Below are positions 46,301-50,571 of a DNA stretch of 50,571 nt, one piece after another. The position numbers and the translations under genes were made by a program. How positions within the stretch are numbered: position 1 is the stretch's first letter; each line of letters opens with the position of its first letter. Location: contig JBAPXT010000317.1 in the NCBI GenBank assembly GCA_049284355.1, positions 1 to 50,571 on the forward strand, in the 5' to 3' direction. Under the pieces are notes generated by a model. That model did not search any database, was not told the origin of the DNA, and was given only the letters and a program-made list of their open reading frames with translations. Origin of the DNA: Sedimentisphaerales bacterium (GTDB taxonomy: Bacteria; Planctomycetota; Phycisphaerae; Sedimentisphaerales; Anaerobacaceae).

Positions 46301-47249
46301 CACCGATAGTCCGGTGCCGGTACAAGTCCACGATGAAGTTGGCACAGGAGTTCTCGGAAATATTATCGATGTCGCTGTTTCTTCCGGTTTTGATGGCACT
46401 TATGGCGAATATGGAAGTTCATACGCTCTGGATAAAAACGGCAATGTCTGGGCGTGGGGTAATAATGCTGGTAATACTTATGACCCTTCTGGACAATTAG
46501 GCCATGGTTATTATGACTCTGATCCCCATTCAACACCGGTAAGAGTGCTTAAAGGTGAAATGCCTATGCCTCCCACAGAAAACTTTCTGAAAAATATCAT
46601 TGCCATATCCGCAGGAAATGAGCATGTTTTGGCCTTGGATAACACGGGCAACGTCTGGGCTTGGGGAAATAACGAAAACGGCCGACTGGGTGATGGTACC
46701 TACACAAACCGTTATACGCCGGTCCAGGTAAAAAAAATCAATGCTCAGTCGGGTTTCCTGACCGATATATTCTATATAGACGCAGGCTTATATCATTCTC
46801 TGGCGATAGATAAAAATGGCAATTTCTGGGCTTGGGGAAGCAACGCTAATAGCCAGCTCGGATTAGGACCAAATCCAGGGGACACCAAATATGCGCAGCA
46901 AATGATTACTGAAACTCCGCCTAATGACAACTGTGCGGATGCTTTCCCAGCCGCAGTCGGCAAGGAATACAGCGGGTACCTTCCAACTGGTAAAAGCGCG
47001 TGGTACTCATTCACCTCGGGGTCTAACGTAGATATCAGTCTTTGTAACAGTTCTTTTGACACTACGCTGAGTGTATATAAAAACTGCGATGACCTCGCCC
47101 CCTTGGTAAATGAGGATTATTCTTGTGGCGGCTACCCCTTTATAAAGTCTAAGATTTCAAATATTAATGCAGGGGAATATCATCTGATTAAAATTTGGAG
47201 TGCTCATGGTGCTCATGGAATATATAATCTGACAATCACACCGCATTAG
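43356..47249 (+). CDS. Large secreted multidomain protein: Ig-like, right-handed beta-helix, LamG (concanavalin-like), RCC1 beta-propeller repeats, PPC-like C-terminal domain
   Basis: 1297 aa with a signal-like N-terminus. Beta-helix turns are present (NCAFSDNAATSGAAIYN / NCVFSKNSAYNGGAIYN / NCTLSANNA). The LamG block runs from GLVSWWKLDG to LIDDVRVYNRALTEDEV. RCC1 signatures occur six or more times (WAWGRNDKGQLGNN, WCWGYNSYGQLGNGT, WAWGNNENGRLGDGT, WAWGSNANSQLGLG). Confidence 0.85.
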   Translation: MKAQKLSAIILILTAFFAIPEISYGCYNPPPTVYITYPANGDAFTRGSDKITITANAWDFGGSVTKVKFYDGSTLLGDTPPTPPSQQFTYTWNIDVTVPIGNHTLKAIAYDNGTPPATSYSTVNITIGVIRYVDTHVIIGGNNDGTSWTNAFKYLQDAIDVNQPGDQIWVAEGTYYPDEDNRVPRHTKDLRTEYFRLHDGVKLYGGFEGGTNGETTLEERNWVEHKTTLSGDIGKDDNGGAPDNENSYHVVKSITASKSAVLDGFNIKGGNANGTRLDTLGGGMYNSSGGGPTITNCAFSDNAATSGAAIYNSGSSPALTNCVFSKNSAYNGGAIYNNASSPILTNCTLSANNANNTTGYGGAIYNYHSSPAVINSIIWGNTAKYNNSIYNDNGSCNPDTGLVSWWKLDGTAVDPKGGNNGTIYGEATWATGQINGALDFNGVHDYVDVGDKDSLDFGHTDSFTISLWFKRDVTYADHTLISKREVIDGTHNEGYSWRIYNNHLYAGIEGTDNICPTITGSTTIKANQWYHAAFVRDATHKIYLYLNGVSDATPVTDTTTGSLANDYHFMIGKWEYYGLYFDGLIDDVRVYNRALTEDEVRSLSRFVCYSDIEGCGGSPPSGTWDPYFGIDGGGNIKTNPEFINTYAPADPDPAGPDGVFGTTDDGLCLRTDSPCIDAADGNVAPSTDILGHGRVDIGYVNNTGIGHPINYVDMGAYEQIDQVPIHQLKVSGGEDHTLLIKMDESENSSVWACGYNRWGPLGNPDYCPSYPDEEEAFTNFIVPVKGGAMVTDYLENISFIDAGYYHSLACDKSESKLVWAWGTNTYGQIGNTDVPRAADGDPYDYSARRTTPIEVRKGAMNSSSNFLENIVRVSAGRSGEYSLALDSAGRAWAWGRNDKGQLGNNKDADDYSHMNEYEPVPVAVVAGEQSTQPGYSGGGFLEHITDIDAGISHSIALDNSGHVWCWGYNSYGQLGNGTSGSGTDSPVPVQVHDEVGTGVLGNIIDVAVSSGFDGTYGEYGSSYALDKNGNVWAWGNNAGNTYDPSGQLGHGYYDSDPHSTPVRVLKGEMPMPPTENFLKNIIAISAGNEHVLALDNTGNVWAWGNNENGRLGDGTYTNRYTPVQVKKINAQSGFLTDIFYIDAGLYHSLAIDKNGNFWAWGSNANSQLGLGPNPGDTKYAQQMITETPPNDNCADAFPAAVGKEYSGYLPTGKSAWYSFTSGSNVDISLCNSSFDTTLSVYKNCDDLAPLVNEDYSCGGYPFIKSKISNINAGEYHLIKIWSAHGAHGIYNLTITPH

Positions 47250-47392
47250 CACTGAAAATATAAGGTGGCCGGTTACAACGGTGACATAGAAAATTATATA
47301 CTGAACGTCACAAAACGTTAGTACCAAAAGGGTGTGGTTTGCGCTAACGCATACTTTTTTAAGCTCTTTGCAAAAAAAGAAAAAAGAAGTCG

Positions 47393-47420
47393 GCGGGCTC
47401 TTCAGGAGCCCGCTTTTTTT
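47393..47420 (+). terminator. Rho-independent terminator
   Basis: GCGGGCTC, loop TTCAG, GAGCCCGC, followed by T7. Confidence 0.8.
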
Positions 47421-47508
47421 CTCCCCGGCCACAAATACTCGTGTGGCTGTATCGGCTAATTTCTCTACTAACCACGAACCACCCCCTCATTAGAAAAATT
47501 TATGTTAA

Positions 47509-47637
47509 TATAGGCAATCTGCGGTTAAAAAATTAGAAGACCAAATCGACCAGATGGTTTACAAACTTTACGGCCTGACCCCCGACGAAATCGCCCAACT
47601 TTCAACAAATAACACAGAAGATTTGTCTGCAAAATAG
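47509..47637 (+). pseudogene. Relic of the C-terminus of an N6-adenine MTase / Type IIG or BREX-PglX-like enzyme
   Basis: A 43-codon open stretch ends in ...KKLEDQIDQMVYKLYGLTPDEIAQLSTNNTEDLSAK-stop. The block IDxxVYxLYGLTxxEI is the well-known C-terminal tail of such enzymes. There is an in-frame stop at 47506-47508 and no upstream body. Confidence 0.5.
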
Positions 47638-47802
47638 TGGTTAGTTCCTTCTCCCTTTTAGTTGGGAGGGGAAAGGAACCCGCCATAGGCGGGTAAACAT
47701 CATCCTTGTCCGTCTCTGGCGGATACCCCTCGTAAGGATGAGGTGTATGGCGGATATGTGTTATCAAAAGCTAAAGAGAATAGGGCGGTTGCTGCGATTG
47801 GG

Positions 47803-49356
47803 TTATTTGTCGGATTGTTCGTAGGGGGCTGAGGTATCGGATTTTGTGGTTGCGCCGGTGATGGGCATCGCAGTCTCGATTTTGTCTGAGGAGCGGATGG
47901 CCTTTGCCAGTTCCCACAGGCTTACTTTTACAGGTGCTGTTATTAATTCGGGCACGGAGTATACTTTGGTCAGACTGTCGTAGTATTGGGGGTCTTTCTG
48001 TGGGAGGATAAAGGGTTTTGAGACGTTGCCATTTGAGTCAACATAGCTGAAATAAGTGCGAGTGAAAAGGCCTCCAAGGCGTTTGCTGCTGAATGCTATC
48101 CATCGGCTGTTTGAAGACCAGCTGTGCCACGATTCTGCGTAATTGCTGTTGGCAGCATCGAGCTTTTTGTATTGGCCGGTGGCAAGGTCCATCATGTAGA
48201 GGTCGCTTGAGGGCTGGTACACAGGGAAACAGCTATACTCGCACATGCAGAACAGTAAGAATCTGCCGTCGGGCGATATGCGCGGCAGGAGGATGCTAAG
48301 ACCTGTTTGTTCGGCTGAAAGTATCGTCTCAGGCTGCCCCCAATTGTCGGTGTCGATGTTGTAGCTGATTCTTTTCAGGCTGTATTTAACTTTTTCCCAG
48401 TGCTCGGGAGGTAATTTGTCTCTGTCCTGCCAGAGTATGGGTGCGCAGCAGTAGTAGAGATATTTCCCATCGGGGGACCATGAGGGATAAGTTTCGAGGA
48501 GGTCTTTTTGGGCCAGAGACGGTATGCTTTTAGTTTGCTGTTTATCGACGAGGTAATAAAGTATGGCCGAGTCGAGGTCAACAACATCTCTCTCTTCTAT
48601 TCGGTTGATGTGGAAGAACTGGTTCACCTTATTGATCGAATAAGCGGCGAGCTTTCCGCTGGGATGCCAGGCGGTGTAGCTCCACTTTGAGTTGATTTTC
48701 TCGACTTTTCTGTCCGTGACCATAATTGTTGAATCGCCGGCCTGTTTACTGCGGATGGCAATTGTTATTTTTTCGGGGCTGTTATTAAGAAATGTATGGC
48801 AGTTAAGACAGCCGTTTTCGAAGGAACCACCATGGAGAACAAATCTGCTTTTGAAGCTGGTTAAATTTCTTTGACAGATGGCGATGGTATGCCAGAAATT
48901 GAAAATCGGTCCGGTTAGACGAAAGACGAGGTAGGGGTCGATAATTTCTTTGGCGACTGTGTTAATGATTGTGGGATATTTTACCCAGCCGATATGCGGT
49001 TTTTTAACATATATATCGAAGCATATCTGCCCGCCTTTGTTTGCGTCAAGCAGCCGGGCCCACTTTGAGAGGGACATGCAGATTTTTCCGTTCGGACTGG
49101 AGACGGCAAAACTGTTTCCGGCCCGGCCGGATATTTGCACCTGATATTGTGTGCCTTCCTCTTCGATAACAAAATTAAGGCAGGCGATGTTGGGTGGTAT
49201 GGTGATGTCGCTGTAATCAGGGTGGATGTGTGCAGGTATTGATGATGATGTAAATTTTTTGATATGCTCAAGTTTATTGCTTGATATCACCAGCAGTGCG
49301 ATTGTCGCGGATGCAAGCAGTATGAATTTTACAGGATATAATCGGCGAATAGTCAT
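47803..49356 (-). CDS. Membrane-anchored PD40/TolB-like beta-propeller protein with one CxxCH heme-c motif
   Basis: 517 aa with an N-terminal TM. CLNCH lies at 48810-48796. PD40-like blades are present (WSPDGKYLYY, ISPDGRFLLF, WSSNSRWIAFSS). An ATGA overlap joins it to the upstream gene. Confidence 0.72.
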   Translation of the reverse strand: MTIRRLYPVKFILLASATIALLVISSNKLEHIKKFTSSSIPAHIHPDYSDITIPPNIACLNFVIEEEGTQYQVQISGRAGNSFAVSSPNGKICMSLSKWARLLDANKGGQICFDIYVKKPHIGWVKYPTIINTVAKEIIDPYLVFRLTGPIFNFWHTIAICQRNLTSFKSRFVLHGGSFENGCLNCHTFLNNSPEKITIAIRSKQAGDSTIMVTDRKVEKINSKWSYTAWHPSGKLAAYSINKVNQFFHINRIEERDVVDLDSAILYYLVDKQQTKSIPSLAQKDLLETYPSWSPDGKYLYYCCAPILWQDRDKLPPEHWEKVKYSLKRISYNIDTDNWGQPETILSAEQTGLSILLPRISPDGRFLLFCMCEYSCFPVYQPSSDLYMMDLATGQYKKLDAANSNYAESWHSWSSNSRWIAFSSKRLGGLFTRTYFSYVDSNGNVSKPFILPQKDPQYYDSLTKVYSVPELITAPVKVSLWELAKAIRSSDKIETAMPITGATTKSDTSAPYEQSDK

Positions 49357-50571
49357 TTACGCTGTCCTGGAAGAGTAAGGAAATAATAGTACAGATATGT
49401 ATTGCCGAATTTGGGAGACAGCGCCTGAGCGGCTGCCTCCGGGGCGTACGCTCCGCCCGAGCGTTTGAAGGTTTCTTCAAATATTTTTGCCTGCTCTACT
49501 GTTTTTATATCTGGTTCGAAAGAAACAGAATCGGGCTTTTGGCCGCCGGAACCGCGGAGGTAAATAGCGAATGCCTCTTCATACAGGGGCGGTATCTTCT
49601 GATAGCCGAGGTCCTTCAGTCGCCAGAGGTTGTTTACGACCTTATCAAGTTGGCCGGTCAGCAGGTAATAAGCCATCATATATTCAAAGGCCATTTTATT
49701 TTGTGGGTTCTTCTGGAGCAAGTATGAAAAAAACAGGTCTACATCGAATTTAACTGCCGGTGTATCGCTGTCCGGCATAACGGCCCGGAGATGTTGTATT
49801 CGAGAGTTGCTTTTGAGCTCAGGGTCGGTTTTGATTTGCTGCAGAAGTTTTTTTGCCTCTGGAGCGTAAATCAGGTCTTTGCACAGCGAGTTAAGAAATA
49901 CTTTGGCGGTTTCTATTTGACCTTTTGCCAGGTTTATGTAGGCCAGTTGCTCCAGGGCGTAAGGGGCCTGGGTTATTTCGAAGCTCTCGAAAGCGGTCTT
50001 ATTCGCTATTCCCAGAAGACCCAGTTGCATTAAGAGGTCGGTTCTCTTGGTGGAGACGAATGCGAGGCGCTTTCCAGGCTCAAAAGTGAGCAGCAGAGCA
50101 GGCGTGCTTTGTCTGAAAGAGAACATATCGCTGCCGAGGCGACCACAGTGGTATAAAGCCAGGTTGATGTCGTGGTTGGTAAATAGACCTTGGGGGACAT
50201 CCGCGTTTGCTGCGTAATCGAGAATCTGCTGCCACATGCCTCTTTCGGCGTAATCGCTGATTTTGAGAACAGGCTTTATTTGTTTGTCGTGCACCACCAT
50301 GCCGACTAAGAGGACAATGATAAGATACAGGATGGGCGGAAGAACGTTTTTCAGGCTTATGTAAAGGTGGCGGGCGCCCTCGCTTTTGTTGGTGTGTCGA
50401 GGCAGGCTGTGTTTAAGTTTTGGGAATATCCACGCCAACAGAAACAACAAAGGAATTAAAAGATAACTTGCTATAGGACAATACGTCAGCGGCCAGCTTA
50501 GTTTATTCGGAGTCGAGAAGGCACGGAGTTGAACAAGAAAGATATCGATGTCGAACAGATGGTTGTAGACC
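49353..50571 (-). CDS. Polytopic membrane protein with a C-terminal helical (TPR-like) domain, possibly DUF6057-like; 5' partial
   Basis: The track starts this ORF at TTG 50450. The same frame stays open to the right window edge and encodes hydrophobic sequence (..VYNHLFDIDIFLVQLRAFSTPNKLSWPLTYCPIASYLLIP..), so the gene begins outside the window. The family guess is from memory only. Confidence 0.55.
   Translation of the reverse strand, partial: VYNHLFDIDIFLVQLRAFSTPNKLSWPLTYCPIASYLLIPLLFLLAWIFPKLKHSLPRHTNKSEGARHLYISLKNVLPPILYLIIVLLVGMVVHDKQIKPVLKISDYAERGMWQQILDYAANADVPQGLFTNHDINLALYHCGRLGSDMFSFRQSTPALLLTFEPGKRLAFVSTKRTDLLMQLGLLGIANKTAFESFEITQAPYALEQLAYINLAKGQIETAKVFLNSLCKDLIYAPEAKKLLQQIKTDPELKSNSRIQHLRAVMPDSDTPAVKFDVDLFFSYLLQKNPQNKMAFEYMMAYYLLTGQLDKVVNNLWRLKDLGYQKIPPLYEEAFAIYLRGSGGQKPDSVSFEPDIKTVEQAKIFEETFKRSGGAYAPEAAAQALSPKFGNTYLYYYFLTLPGQRK

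Overview
This is a 50.6-kb bacterial chromosomal segment. The giant secreted LamG/RCC1/beta-helix proteins and the GH57-rich glycogen cluster suggest a PVC-type organism, possibly Planctomycetota/Phycisphaerae-like, but that placement is inference only. Contents from left to right: (1) A giant secreted Gly-rich repeat-protein gene on the minus strand (1..2692). The supplied ORF track misses it because it runs off the window edge. It is built of about 1-kb tandem repeats. (2) A minus-strand redox/stress block: chrA, a Tat-lipoprotein hemerythrin, YeaO/DUF488, DUF2769, a YyaL-like thioredoxin-domain protein, ferredoxin, an AhpD-like CMD protein and a small 4-Cys Zn-ribbon protein. (3) A five-gene multi-tier two-component operon, plus a 30-codon upstream sORF. 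(4) An alpha-glucan/glycogen cluster (glgP, malQ, two GH57 genes, a GT, a stand-alone CBM48), interrupted by a reverse-transcriptase gene truncated inside motif 4 and by an orphan membrane-anchored gene. (5) A second Zn-ribbon paralog, a tandemly duplicated leader, and a 1561-aa CotA-type multicopper oxidase with two repeat insertions, two FN3 domains and a Phe at the T1 axial position. (6) An FKBP PPIase, tRNA-Phe and a GAF-like protein. (7) A Type III R-M operon, mod / Bro-N-DinD-like / res, with translationally coupled junctions. (8) A TPR protein interrupted by an in-frame TAA, a 1297-aa LamG-RCC1 secreted protein, a 43-codon methyltransferase C-terminal relic, and a coupled membrane-TPR / CxxCH-PD40 gene pair. 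I recognised no rRNA, CRISPR array, transposase or integrase. The most interesting non-obvious signal is a recurrent orientation-consistent 20-26-nt intergenic motif (core AAGGAwwTTsCCTATTT). It lies upstream of the two Zn-ribbon paralogs, the oxidase, two glycogen genes and the DUF2769 gene. All family assignments come from motif recognition by eye and memory; no searches were run.
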